Shown: positions 48,465-61,486, counted from the stretch's first letter. The stretch is 64,000 bases of DNA from Squalus acanthias (GCA_030390025.1 CM059432.1:56484001-56548000); one strand, 5' to 3'. The notes: a model not told the origin generated them from the letters alone. Numbers and translations: made by a program.

Positions 48465-48654
48465 ATTGATAGACTTTTGTTAGGTTGGGGTATTAAGGGA
48501 TATAGAACCAAGGCAGGTAAACGGAGTTCAGATGCAGATCAGCCATGATCTCATTGAATGGCGGAACAGGCTCAAGGGGCTGAATAGCCTACTCCTGTTC
48601 CTATGTTTAAGCTTGTTTTTTTTCCTGTGTCAGTGAATGTTCAATTAACTAAAG

Positions 48655-49087
48655 AAATGAAGAAATAACTTGTGTTTATATTGCATCTTTTATATCCTCA
48701 GGCTGTCTCAAAATGCTTCACAGCCAATAAGTACTTTTTAAATGTAGTCATTCTTGCAGTATAAGGAAGTGCGGCGTCCAATTTGCACAGCAAAATCCCA
48801 CAGAGTTAAATAACCAGATAATCAGTTTTGTGATTTTTGGTTGAGGAATAAGGGTTGGCCAGGACACCATGAGAGCACCCCTGCTTTTCTTTGAATGGTA
48901 CATGGAATCTTTTATGTCTGTCTCAAGAGGGTAGATGGGGCCTTGGTTTAATGTGTTATCCAAAAGATGGCATTTCTGATAGTGCGGTACTGCGGGAGTG
49001 CTGAATTAACATGTCAGCCTTGATTATGTGGTCAAGTCTCTGGAGTGGAGCTTGAACCCACCATTTTTTGACTTGGGTGAGAATGCT
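48655..49087 (-). mobile_element. Deu-domain tRNA SINE
   Basis: Reverse complement is collinear with 14022-14440 (cttgaaccca B box, caatttgcacagcaa). Confidence 0.72.
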
Positions 49088-49088
49088 T

Positions 49089-51027
49089 CATAGAATCATA
49101 GAATGGTTACAGCATGGAAGAAGGCCATTTGGCCCGTCGAGCCCGTGCCGGGTCTCTGCAAGAGCACTTCAGCTCGTCCCACTCCCCCGTAGCCCTGCAA
49201 ATTTTTTTCCTTCAGGTACTTATCCAACTCCCTTTTGAAAGCCGTGATTCAGTCTGCCTTCACCACCCTTTCTTTCAGGTATTGCATTCCAGATCCTAAC
49301 CACTCGCTGAGTAAAAAAGTTTTTCCTCATGTTGCCTTTGGTTCTTCTGCCAATCACCTTAAATCTGTGTCCCCTGGTTCTCGACCCTTCTGCCAATGGG
49401 AACAGTTTTTCTCTCTCTACTCTGTCCAGACCCCTCATGATTTTGAACACCTCTATCAAATCGCGTCTTAATCTTCTCTGCTCTAAGGAGAAAAACCCCA
49501 GCTTCTCCAGTCTATCCACGTAACTGAAGTCCCTCATCCCTGGAATCATTCTCGTAAATCTTTTCTGCACCCTCTCTAAGGCCTTCACATCCTTCCTAAA
49601 GTGTGGTGCCCAGAATTGGACACAATACTCCAGTTGGGGCCGAACCAGTGTTTTATACAGGCTCATCATAATTTCCACGCTTTAGTACTCTATACCTGTA
49701 TTCATGAAGCCCAGGATCCCATAAGCTTTTTTAACTGCTTTCTCAATCTGCCCTGCCACCTTCAACGATTTGTGCACATATACCCCCAGGGCTCTCTCTT
49801 CATGCATCCCCTTTAGTTTATATTTCCTCTCTTTATTCTTTCTACCATGTGTCCGCCCATTCCACCAGCCTGTTTATGTCCTCTTGAAGTCTATCACTAT
49901 CCTCCTCACTGTTCACTATACTTCCAAGTTTTGTGTCATCTGCAAATTTTGAAATTGTGCCTTGTACTCCCAAGTCCAAGTCATTAATATATATCAAGAA
50001 AAGCAGTGGTCCTAGAACCGACCCCTGGGGAACACCACTGTATACCTTCCTCCAGTCCGAAAAACAACCGTTCATCACTACTCTGTTTCCTGTCACTTAG
50101 CCAATTTCGTATCCATGCTGCCACTGTCCCTTTTATTCCATGGGCTTCAACTTTGCTGGCAAACCTATTATGTAGCACTTTGTCGAACGTCTATTGGAAA
50201 TCCATGTACACCACGTCAACCGCGTTGTTCTCATCAACCCTCCCTGTTACCTCATCAAAAAACTCGATCAAGATAGTTAAACATGATTTGCCTTTAACAA
50301 ATCTATGCTGACTTTCCTTAATTAATCCACACTTGTCCAAGTGACTTAATTTTGTCTCTGATTATTGTTTCTAAAAGCTTCCCCACTACAGAGGTAAAAC
50401 TGACTGGTCTGTAGTTGCTGGGTTTATCTTTACACCCTTTTTTGAACAAGGGTGTAACATTTGCAATTCTCCAGTCCTCTGGTACCACCCCTGTTTCTAA
50501 GGAGGATTGGAAGATTATGGCCAGTACCTCCGCGATTTCTTCCTTCACTTCCCTCAGCGTCCCAGGATGCATCCCATCTGGTCCTGGTGACTTTTCTACT
50601 TTAAGTACAGCCAGCCTTTCTAATACCTTCTCTTTATCAATTTTTATCCCATCCAGTATCTCCTCTACCTACTCCTTCACCTACACCTACGGCAGCATCA
50701 TCTTCCTTGGTGAAGACAGATGCAAAGTACTCATATAGCACCTCAGCCACACCCTCTGCTTCCATGCGTAGGTCTCCTTTTTGGTCCCTAATCGGCCCCA
50801 CCCCTCCTCTTGCTACCCGTTTACTGTTTATATGCCTATAGAAGACTTTTGGATTATCTTTTATGTTAGCTGCCATTCTATTTTTATACCCTCTCTTTGC
50901 CCCTCTTTTTTTTCACTTCCCCTCTGAACTTTCTATATTTAGCCTGATTCCCAGATGTATTCTCGACCTCACATCTGTCATGCACGCTCTTTTTCTACTT
51001 CATCTTACTCTCTATCTCTTTCGTCAT
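49089..51027 (-). mobile_element. CR1 LINE (copy F, different subfamily, TTCTATGA tail)
   Basis: [37 protein letters not shown] and NYRPVSFTS, with tail catagaatcatagaat. Confidence 0.93.
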
Positions 51028-51029
51028 AA

Positions 51030-51627
51030 AGGCCCACTGATCCATGGGGCGCTGGTGGTTTGGAAGCTGGGATCACATGGGCCCGGTCCTCCAATGACTA
51101 AGGAGAATTCCATTGCAATCATTTATGAATGGAATCCCCATATGATATGCAATGGAATCGCTAATAATTATACAACGTACAGAATTCTAATAATTATACA
51201 ATGTGCAGAATTGCAATTTTATTCATACGTTCCTTTATTGCATCAACTTGAATAAAAATTTAATTTTTTGATAAATAATTTTAAACATCCTAATCCGTGC
51301 CAATATTTGCATAAACTCATTTAAAGTGAATGTGCAGAATTTGGGATTTTTAAATGTTTTATTTAAGCCTTATATATACCCTTACACTGATGCAAGCTTG
51401 CCCGATGACTGCTTTTACCTGCTGTAACAGTTGCGTGGGCAATTGCTGGACAGTTTTTGGGCAAATAGCCCAAGTCTGCGCCAGCAATACTCAGTTTTCA
51501 GGTGGTTTGGATGATCTGTCAAGGCGTACCTTGGCAGATCGCAAGTTGCGGATTTCGCGCATGCATTAAATCTGGAAGTTACGGGGTCTTTCAAAGGAAA
51601 ATTTCATAAAACCGCAATTTCAAGGCT
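51030..51627. mobile_element. Partial Harbinger-like element related to 21864-22140
   Basis: Ends accgcaatttcaaggct followed by AAT. The reverse complement of 51530-51570 resembles 21945-21985. Confidence 0.5.
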
Positions 51628-51689
51628 AATATTTATCTGACAGACCTTAAAGTAAAAAATATGTGATTAATAAATATGTCAAAAAAATC

Positions 51690-52040
51690 TGCACTTCACA
51701 GACAATGCATTACTTGTGAGGTGCTGATTTTTTTCAGTAGGCAAATGCAGCGGCCTTTTGTGCACAGCAAGATCCCATAAGCATTATAATAAACGGACAG
51801 TTAATTGTCTGGTTAATGTTGCTTAAGGGCAAAATGTTGGTCAGGAGAACTCCCTGCTTTTTGTCAAATAGTGCCATCCATCTGAATCATACAGCCATGG
51901 CTTGATTTTCATGGCTTTTCTGAAGAATGGCAATTCTGACAGTGATGCACTGGAGTGTTAACCTAGATTATTTGGTTCGGTTATGCAGTGGGGCTTGAAC
52001 CCACAACCTTTTAACTCAGAGGTGAGGGTGATACTAACTG
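51690..52040 (-). mobile_element. Deu-domain tRNA SINE, degenerate
   Basis: gtggggcttgaacccacaacctt head (rc) and tgcacagcaagatcccat body. Confidence 0.65.
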
Positions 52041-52057
52041 ATCCATGTTAACACAAT

Positions 52058-52857
52058 GGGCTGGATTTTGTCATTGGGGGCGGGACTGCTGGTTGTCGGG
52101 TTTCAGTCCGGCCCCCAACGACGTCCGGCCAACCCACACTATTTTCCCTTGATTGACCTTGTTAAGCCCGCCCTGCGGGTTTAGCAGGCCAATTAAGCGA
52201 AAGCCGGTGACAGAGGACGTCAGCGTATGACGTTTCATCTGTCAACATTTTTTTGACAGATGAGTTGTCAGCGTTTGACAGCTTAGAGAAGCTGTCAAAC
52301 ACTGACAATCTTTCTTCTATGGTGAGCCCTTGTACTGAAGGGTCACCAAAACCTATTCCCTCAGCAGAAATCAGATGGCTGCTGCAACTGAGAATGCAGC
52401 AGCCATTCTGTCATCTCAGCCGTTGAGATGTGGCACTTCCGGATCCCCAAGGGTTGAAGCCTGCAGGAAGAAGCAAAGGTAAGTAAACTTTTTCTAACAC
52501 TTTACACTCACCTCTCATACTTACCTCTCCACATTTGCACCCATCACTCACCTCTACAGCGGACTTTTCGATCCCTCTCACCGCGCAGACCAACTACTCG
52601 CCTCACTGACCCTGGCTGGGTTTCCTGACGTCGGGAAACCCGCACTTGCAGGGGTAAAATGGGGATAAGCCTCAAAACTGCCCGTTAAGTACCTGTTCTC
52701 CCCTTCCCGCCTCGAGGAGACGGGTCCCTGCACAAGTCGGGGACTCGCCTTCCGGGAAGGTGGCGCGGAAGTGGGTTGGGAGCGGGTCGGTACCCGCTCC
52801 CAGTTTCTGCCATTTTCCCGGCAGTCCCGCCTCCCCAGGGCTGGGAAAATTCCCCCC
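52058..52857. mobile_element. Harbinger-like MITE
   Basis: TIRs gggctggattttgtca / (rc) ggggggaattttccca with TSD AAT (52055-52057 and 52858-52860). Homologous to 41116-41993. Confidence 0.8.
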
Positions 52858-53129
52858 AATGACGACATGCTTGAGTAACTAGGTTGTGACTTGAGTACAG
52901 ACAGAAATAAATACAAATGTATCATTTGGGACTCAGAATGGATTAGCAATTGCCTCGTTGTAAAAAAAATTGGCAGATTTGTTGACTATTAAGGTGATGT
53001 GTGTTGTGACATGATGTCATAAAACAATGATTTATTGTGACAGATTAAAAGGAAATGATTTGTTTTTTGATCATGAGTGAGAGTGCAGGGACCCTTTGAA
53101 TTGCTCGGTTTTGATCTAATTATTATTAC

Positions 53130-53305
53130 TTAGAATTACATAGAATATACAGCACTGAAACAGGCCAACTGGTCCATGCCGGTGTTTATGCTCCACACGA
53201 GCCTCCACCCATCCCTCTTCATCTAACTCTATCAGTATAACCTTCTATTCCTTTCTCCCTCATGTACTTGTCTAGCTTCCCCTTAAATGGATCCATGCTA
53301 TTTAT
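53130..53305 (-). mobile_element. CR1 3' UTR fragment
   Basis: tagaattacatagaatatacagcactgaaacaggcc tail and UTR. Confidence 0.6.
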
Positions 53306-54092
53306 TGGTGGCAGCATGGCTGCTAGGGGAACGTTTGTTTAAAGTTGGATTTTCTGCAGCATGTGGCTAAAAGGAGTACCGCTATTGGAATGTAAACATT
53401 CACAGGCTGCTATATTTGTGTATGTAAGGAAAGAACTTCCATTTTTATAGTACCTTTTATGTCCTCAAGAATTGAAATGGTTTTGTAAAAATTATACCAT
53501 GTGTTATGAGTTGAACAATGTAAGCCATGGTATCAAAATTAAACAGAATTTCTAGTACTAGTACAAATATACAATTCTGCTTCAAGATATGGATTATGAA
53601 GGACCCAGCTATTGCAACTGAGTTGTATTTAATTGTAAATGTAAACCCTATTTATTTTGAGGATGATTTTCATAGCTTACATTTCATCTTGACCTTAGTG
53701 TAATTTTAGTCCTGATTTCTGTGTTGATTCATTATGATGTTGTCTCGATGAATATAAATGTTACCAGTGTGTCCAGCCTTAAGAATAAACTAAATCTCAT
53801 GGAGCCAGTTTGACTTCCACGGCCAGTGATAGAAAAGTGGATTTGTTGAAAGCAATTTGCTTGAAAATAAACAAAGTAATTCTTGTTGCATTTAATATTT
53901 TTCAAACTTTATCTAAATTGCCAAGCAATTACAATAATGGCGGTAAAAGAATACTGCTCTTTTAAATTATACCAGCAACCTGGTCTAATTAGTTATATAT
54001 ATTTAAGACCAAACAGCATTTATTTGTTGTAAAAACTACCAAAAATCTGTCACTCAAACTGTGTTTAAAGATCATACTTACATAAAGATCAT

Positions 54093-54545
54093 GCAACACG
54101 GTGGCATAGTGGTTAGCACTGGTGCCTCACAGCGCCAGGGACCCGGGTTCGAATCTGGCCTCGGGTGACTGTCTGTGTGGAGTTTGCACATTCTCCCCGT
54201 GTCTGCGTGGGTTTCCTCCGGGTGCTCCGGTTTCCTCCCACAGTCCAAAAATGTGCGGGTTAGGTTGATTTGGCTATGATAAATTGACCCTTAGTGTTAG
54301 GGGGGGATTAAATATGTGGGGTTACGGGGATAGGATGGGATATGTTAGGGGGAATTAAATATGTGGGGTTATGGGGACAGGGTGGGATATGTGTCGGTGC
54401 AGGCTCGATGGGGATTCTGTGATGAGAGAGTAGGGACAGGGTACTGGATTTGGATGATCAGCCATGATCGTATTGAATGGTGGAGCAGGCTCGACGGGCC
54501 GAATGGCCTACTCCTGCTCCTAGTTTCTATGTTTCTATGTTTATG
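54093..54545 (+). mobile_element. HE1-type V-SINE (tRNA head, V domain, CR1/HER1-derived tail)
   Basis: A box tggcatagtgg and B box ggttcgaatct. V domain gtgtggagtttgcacattctccccgtgtctgcgtgggtttcctccgggtgctccggtttcctcccaca. The CR1-like 3' end is gggccgaatggcctactcctgctcct followed by (tttctatg)n. Contains an internal ~47-bp duplication at 54295-54390. Confidence 0.88.
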
Positions 54546-57500
54546 AATGTCTCCTAAGCTTTGTTTTAGTTAGTCCAGAGCATTTTATGACTTGCGCTAC
54601 CTTGCATGTTTTTGAGTTAAATGTCATATTAATACTTCCATTGTATTTGTATTGAAGCAGTGGACTTAGAAATTTAAAAGGTTTTAGATGGTAGACTGTT
54701 GTTTTAATCCATTTTATTAATTCTTATTTGGACAAACTAGTGACTTTATAAACTAATCAGTACTTCAATTTTGAACAGGCTGCCTTTAACTTTTATTTAG
54801 ATTTTTACTCTATTCAAGGGCAATTGAAATCATAGTGCAGCAAAAAGGTGCCATCTCAAAGCTAATGAATATTTTTTGTTTTTAAGTATTGGATCAAAGA
54901 TCTTTCTCATAAAATGCTTTCGCAATAGTTAAATGTACTTAGTAATGTAGGATGTTGGATTTTATGAAATCTGTTCTTTTGCTTTTTTTCCAACTCAGGT
55001 TGCCAAATATGATTGGTTTTATTTGGATAAAATGCAATTGTTTTCCATACTGGGCTACTAAGCCAGAAAATTGGTAGCTCTGTGGTAGTTCTTTACTGAA
55101 CAATGGCATACTTAAAAATGTACTGAAGATAAAAGATCTTATATTATGTCATGCATTTTCAGCAGGTTATGATAATTGAAGTGCATAAAGAAACTGTTGA
55201 GTTCTAAGTAAATATTTACTCAAATAAGACGCTGTTGGGATTTAACACTTGTCGATTTTCATGTTTTGTTTATTTTATTGCTATAAGGGTAAAGCAGTCA
55301 GTCTTTAGACATTTAAATCTTACTGCAGGGATGATGGGGTTGGTAATATCTGATGGTCTATAAGTTAACTCAAAGTACAAAGCAATTTCCCCTTGTATAA
55401 TATTTCAGTTAGTTTGCTTTATTAGAATTTCTTCTCCTCATCCATCTCCATCATATTGACCTCTTGCTGGAGCCAGTCAGTGTCCGCTACCTTACTTAAG
55501 TGGCCTTTCTTCATATGTGAGTCTTGACAGTGAGTGCCACCAGGTTATTTGACCATGGGGGTGTTATCATATAGTTGAACCCAATCCTGTCCTTACCGAA
55601 ATCTACACGTGTACTTCCAGGACAGGTCTTTAGATAGTGATGAGAAGAAAAAGGTTAGCTGATTTTCCCCCTCTTCAACCCAGGCCTCCTAATATAAATG
55701 TTATTTTCCTACTGCTGTCTTGACACCTTCTTTCTCTGTATATCTCAGCTATTCACTGTCTCAACCATCTCAGTCATTCGGAAGTCCAGCTTGTAATTTT
55801 TCTTGTGTTATACTCATGTACCTTGTTATAAATCAACAACTTCTCCACATCTGACCTCCTGATTCCAAAGAATATTTTAAATTATTTGATCATACTTCTT
55901 TCTGTCTCTCTTTTATTTTCTAATGAGAATTAATTTAGGAACCAATTATGTAACAGTCTTGGACCATGGCCAAAAGTACTAAGTTATGCTGCCAAGTCCT
56001 ATATTGCTCTCACCCAGCTTGCATATACACTCCGATCTCAGAATGCCAGTTACTTTTTCCCTTTATTGAATTCAGAGTCGTCTTGTGACTGGGTTTACAC
56101 AATCAGTACCTTGTAGGGGAATTTTTGCAAGTGTATATATGGTTGCATACAAGTTTCTCATTTTATGTGTTTTTTCTGCTTTATTAGTTCTGGTCTCATT
56201 CAGTTGTGAAAGCAGGAAATAGTATTGATTTCTCTACAACTTCAACACCACTGATGCTAGGAGGCACATTTGCTTTAGTACTGGTACTTGTGACCCCAAA
56301 GGCTGTAAAGTGACCATCTCAATTATTATATGAAGAGGGTTAGAATGGTAATGTAAATAGGCAGACATGACATTAACTTATGAACTATATCCAAGTATAA
56401 GGCAAAGCGAAGACATTGCTTATGCCAGTTAAATTTGTTATACTGTTGCTGTAAACTTTTCGTGAATAATGTCTGCTATTGGCTATAATCTGCACTTCAC
56501 CAAGAACTGTGCAATTGCTTAGTTTTCAAGAAGATGATTGGGCACTGGAAGATATATACTTTTTATTCTAATTAAAAAAAAAATACAAACACTACGACAT
56601 GCATTACTATGTATGTGACAATTTATTTAAGAAACCATTGTTCTGAGAATAAGGCAAGTTTGCCACTTCCATCAGTTCAGTGTCTGCAGAATAGGTAAAG
56701 GAGCTATACAATGCAGAAATGTTATTGTGACTAATAGAGCTCTATTCCTCCCATGTGTCTGTAGTGCTGAAGCCCATCGAAGTTGAACTGTACCTTACTA
56801 CTTTCGATAGTATTTTGTTTGCAGTGCAGTACTGAAAGTCATATACAGTTAGATAGACTCCATAATGGAGAGGATCTATTTTTGCTGGATGATGAAATTG
56901 GTAAATAATTGAGAGTCTCCAAATTTTGGTCGAATATATATGGGACAGTTCTAACCTAAAAGCATTAATGAAGACAAGTACAGTACAACAAACATAAACT
57001 GAATTAAATTTTGTTGGTTATAAGGTGGATTTAAATTGAACAGGAGGAGATTTACGTTAGCAGGCTGTGCAATGTAGCTTTATTCTCTGTAAATTTGGAC
57101 AAATAATTGTAAGGGCAAATAATTGTAAAGACAAATAATTGGAGTGTAGATAATGGAAGTTCTCCTGTAGTAAGGGCATGGTTTGTGCCCCTGCATCGCT
57201 GTCAGTTCACATCCTGGAGGGGTTTTCTGAGCACCAGCAAACCTTTAATTGTTATGAGATATGCTATGGTAAAACATTTTTAAATGAATAAATGCAAAAT
57301 TTAACTCTGATTTGAAGACTCCATTGTAGATTAATTGAAGGCAAGTTTTTATATTTTTGATAAACCTGTTTTAAGATGCACTTAAATGTTGGTACACCTT
57401 GAAGGTAATCAGGAAAGGGTAGCTAAGATTATTGAAATGTAATTGCTCTATAGTCATTTAAGATAGTGAACGTGTGGGTTTGATGCTACTGACAAAAGAT

Positions 57501-58340
57501 GGCTAATTTAAATCTACTTGAATGTGTAACATTTATATTTCATTTCTTTATCCGTTTGACATACATAAATTATTGCATTAAATATATGAATTAGAAAATA
57601 CCACACAAATAAATAACTAATTGGTACAACTTTTTAATATTTAACTTATTTTTCAGATGCATTCATTTGATTTTCAAAATACTTATTAAATAAATTAAAA
57701 ATATTTATCAGCATTTAAATGGGTGATTTTTTTCATTTGTGTGGATTTCTCTTCCACATCACAAAATAGAATTAATGGGAATCATTCCTGAAATGCAGCT
57801 GAACTTCCTTAAATTGATCAGTGAAGCAAAGGAAGTGGTCAGCTTTTATTTTGATGGTGGCGGACAGGGGTAGTGAATTTTGGAGTAATATTTGAACTAT
57901 TTTAATCTAATTTGAAGGCTTTGTGCTACAGATGCTTGTTTCATGCCTCTGAGTGAGGGTGCATAGATATAGATGACATTAAATGTGCAAGGGCAAAATT
58001 TGGTGGCGAAAGAAAGTATGGAAAGACTGAGCTGGAATGAGTCCCATCACAGAATGCTGTGAATGGGGCTTTGTTCCCGCCCGTTACAGACAATTTGAAA
58101 GCGATCAAAGGATAAACCCGAATTTGGAGCGGACTGTAAAACAGTGTCTGGAAATTGTTACAGGAAATGTGGAATAGCACAATATAAGAGATTGTAAATT
58201 CTTTGTCTGAAGGCAATATTATTTACTAAAGCCGCTCCTGGTCTTACAAATATATTGGCGGGCTTTTCAAATTTGAAAAATTGTTTTGGGTTTGACAATT
58301 TGGCGCCGTTATTTTCAGCCCTTTTCTCATTGCCGTCTGC

Positions 58341-58452
58341 TGATTGGTGAACTAAGCTGCTATCCGATTGGTTGTATGAAGAGCCCAATGAGACTCTGCT
58401 CAGAATGACCAATCACAAGTGCCCCCACTGCATTCCTCCTGACGGTATAAGA
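58341..58452 (+). promoter_or_regulatory. Promoter-like cluster: four CCAAT boxes followed by a TATA-like motif
   Basis: ATTGG at 58343 and 58367, CCAAT at 58385 and 58409, all in NF-Y-type context, then TATAAG at 58446. Confidence 0.4.
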
Positions 58453-59439
58453 AGGGCTTTTACAGCTACCTGTCAATTGGGATGGTGCTGTCTCTGAATG
58501 GAAAGCAGAAAACATCATGCCTATATCAAGAAAAGATCACTCAACAGTATCCTTTATTACTGAGCAGGTCAAAAGCTCATGAAAAGCGTAATGAGAACCT
58601 GTTGTGGTCGTCTGCTATCTGTTTGCAGTTTGGCTTTGGAACAAAATAATAAACTTCAGAATCTCTCAATCTCAGTGTTCAGATGTGAAGCAAAATCACG
58701 ATCACCATACACGTTTACTAGACTATACAACAGTGTTGAGAAGCATATTTAGTGAGCTTGTTTGGACCTAAACATCAGATCTTGATTAGTCATTAGTCAT
58801 TATTCATTATGATATTGCAGCATTTATGCAGGTTCACGCGAAGAAACATGCTTCCCTTTATTCCATTTTATTCCTTGCCTTCATTTTCTTTCCGATGATT
58901 AAATCCCCCACTGTAGAGTGGTTTACCTTGCTAACTGGGGGGAAAAAAAAAGCTGTCAAATCATTGCAGACTGAAATGGACAGCATTGAATAGTTAGACA
59001 AATGGTGTGTTATTTTCAGCACTGAGAAGCCAGTCAATAACTCTAACAAGTTAATGCCCACCCACCTTTGCTTCAATTAGAAAGATTCAGCTCCTTAGTT
59101 TTTGGTAATCGATTTTGAGCTATCCTGGAATAAATAGGCGTGGCAAACAACAAGAAAAACTTATGAAATTCTTAAAGCAAGGCAGACTGTTGTGGCCATG
59201 TTTGGGAGGCCACAGTGAAGATTAATTTCTTTTCTCCTAAACTGCTACTATCTAAAGTCAGTTAACAAGCAAATCAGTGATGTGATATGGTGTGATAGAT
59301 CAGACATTTGATTCCACAATCTGACTGAATTGTTGATGATCACATTTCTGTGGACAAACATCAAGCAGATGGGAGAAGATATTTCCCCGGGGAAAGCACA
59401 AGAGAGGAGAAGCAGTTGGAGGGAAGCTGATTCTCGGGT

Positions 59440-60372
59440 CAGTTTCCACGTTTACTGCACCAGCTCTAACTCTCCACCCCGCCCCCCTTTCGACCCTCCC
59501 ACTGCCTCTGTGTTGTCAGATTGATTGTTTGACATCTGGTCTTGGATAAACTGCAATTTCCTTCAGTTAAACATGGGCAAGACTGAAGCCATGTCTGAGG
59601 CCCCTGCCAGGAACTCCATACTAATGCCACTGATTCCATTTCCCTCCCTGGCCTCTGCAAAAGGCTGAACCAGACTGATTGCAACTTCAGTGCACTATTC
59701 GACCCCAAGCTGAGTTTCTGACCCAATATCCTATCAATTACAAAGACCTCCTACTTTCACCTCTGTAACATCACTTACCTCTGCTCCTACATCAGCCTAT
59801 CTTCTGCTGAAACCCATTGTCATCTCCAGACTCCATAATTTAAATACTCACTTGGCCAACTGGCCTTTCATTGTCCACTCTCTGTAAACTTCAACTCATG
59901 CAAAACTCTGCTACCCATGTTCCCATCCCACACCAAGTCCCACTCACCAGTCACACCTGTCCTAACTGACCTACATTGTCTTCCGGTCTCCCAGTGCCTC
60001 AAATTAAAAATTTTCATCTTCATTTAAAGCCCTTCATGGCCTCCCCCCTCCCTATTCTGTAACCCCCTCCAGCCCTACAACCCTCTTCAAACTCACTCTC
60101 CCTCCGACTCCGGCATCTTGTACATCTCTGCTCTCTTTTCATCTCACCATTGGTGGCCGTGCCTTCAGCTGCCTGGGCCGCTTACTCTGGATTTCACTTC
60201 TTAAACTCCTCTGTCTGGCCTCCTTGAAGACCTTCCTGAAAACCCATGTCTTTGACCAAGCTTTTGTCACTCCTCCTAATATCTCCTCCTTCAGCTAAGC
60301 ATTCATTTTTTTGATTACGCCAATGTAAGGCTCTTTTTCTACATTAAAGTCACTATATAAATGCAAGTTGTT
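59440..60372 (+). mobile_element. L2 LINE 3' portion, degenerate
   Basis: NFLQLNMGKTEA and FDPKLSF..SITKTSYFHLCNI (L2 RT C-terminal motifs), with 3' end ...tatataaatgcaagttgtt. Confidence 0.8.
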
Positions 60373-61157
60373 AATGTTGGAGCCAGCCTCTGCAATGGGG
60401 ATGTGGTAGAGCTGTCAACCCTCTACAAGGTCTTGACTAGAGCTTCACTGGAAGAATTACCACTACCTGAGCGAGACCTTTATATTTCTGCCAGAAACAC
60501 ACAATTTGTTGCAGCTGTGTTATTCTATGTCAAACCAAAGCATCCATGAGAATTACCAGCAGCAAAACTTTATCAAAGTACTTGTTTAGTGTGCAGAACT
60601 TTTCAAAGCCGTGTCATTCCTTTACTTTATGTAAAGTTCAAATGTACTTAACTGCTGAACTAGGATTGCCGCTTTATGCATTAGATCATAGGAAGGCCTG
60701 GGATTGTTTTTTCATGCAAGTTCTTCAGGTCGTTCTGTTTATTTAAGCAACCAGTGGGGCTGGTATGCTGAATACTGTCCTTTCTGACAGCAGCTTTTGT
60801 TTGTGACAAAGCATGGAAAAAAATCATTGCGAACTGAAATATTTATATCACAGAAGCTAACAATTTGACAGCAAGATTTTCACCAACATGTGCAGTCAAA
60901 TAATTTTAGATTCACTGGAAAAATTCTAAGATCATCTCAGATATCACCTACAAGTTGCTGCAACAGAAAATTGAACAATTCCATGCTTCTCCTCAAAAAC
61001 ATGAAATATAAATCAAAAACATGGATTGTTTTGCTTATGACTCAAAACAACTCAATGGGGGATTAAGCAATGCTGTTTCTTTTTGTTGGACTGAAAGAAA
61101 AACGTTATTCCTTTAAAAGTGCTGCTACTGTGAACATATTTAATAGATGATGTATCA

Positions 61158-61486
61158 CAAGGATAAGAAATAGGATCATGGCTGATCTTCGACCTCTACT
61201 CCACTTTCCCACCCGATTCCCAGATCACATGATTGCCCGAGATCAAAAAGTCTATCGCAGCTTTGAATATTCTCGACGACTGAGCATCCACAGCCCTTCG
61301 GGGTAGAGAATTCCAAAGATTCACAACCCTCTGAGTAAAGAAATTCCTCCTCATCTCAGTTATAAATGGCTGACCCCTTATCCTGAGATTATGCCCCCTA
61401 GTTCTAGACTCTCCTGCCAGGGGAAACAACCTCCCAGCATCTACCCTGTCAATCTCCTTCAGAATATTATATGTTTCAATGAGATC
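61158..61486 (-). mobile_element. Short 5'-truncated CR1 (copy G)
   Basis: DLIETYNILKEIDRVD...FFTQRVVNLWNSLP plus 3' UTR, joined directly to the tail of copy H. Confidence 0.88.

Larger units (their letters stand above)
38280..48607 (+). mobile_element. Near-full-length but old CR1 (copy E), fragmented by nested insertions
   Basis: ORF1 zinc finger MAAQSVCQHCSM..HICRKC starts at 38535. It continues as LSNRYDVL...VIGDSII (39821-40062), resumes as LPGARVRDIS at ~46238, then gives deleted ORF2 pieces and the tail cctgttcctatgtt at 48607. Confidence 0.8.

Noticed and set aside
55430..55780. Old SINE-like repeat (similar piece near 38020-38200; another candidate at 17720-18090)
   Set aside because: Looks repetitive but is too decayed to assign a family or boundaries by eye.
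57100..57143. 16-bp x ~3 tandem (caaataattgtaa)
   Set aside because: A short AT-rich slippage repeat with no further structure.
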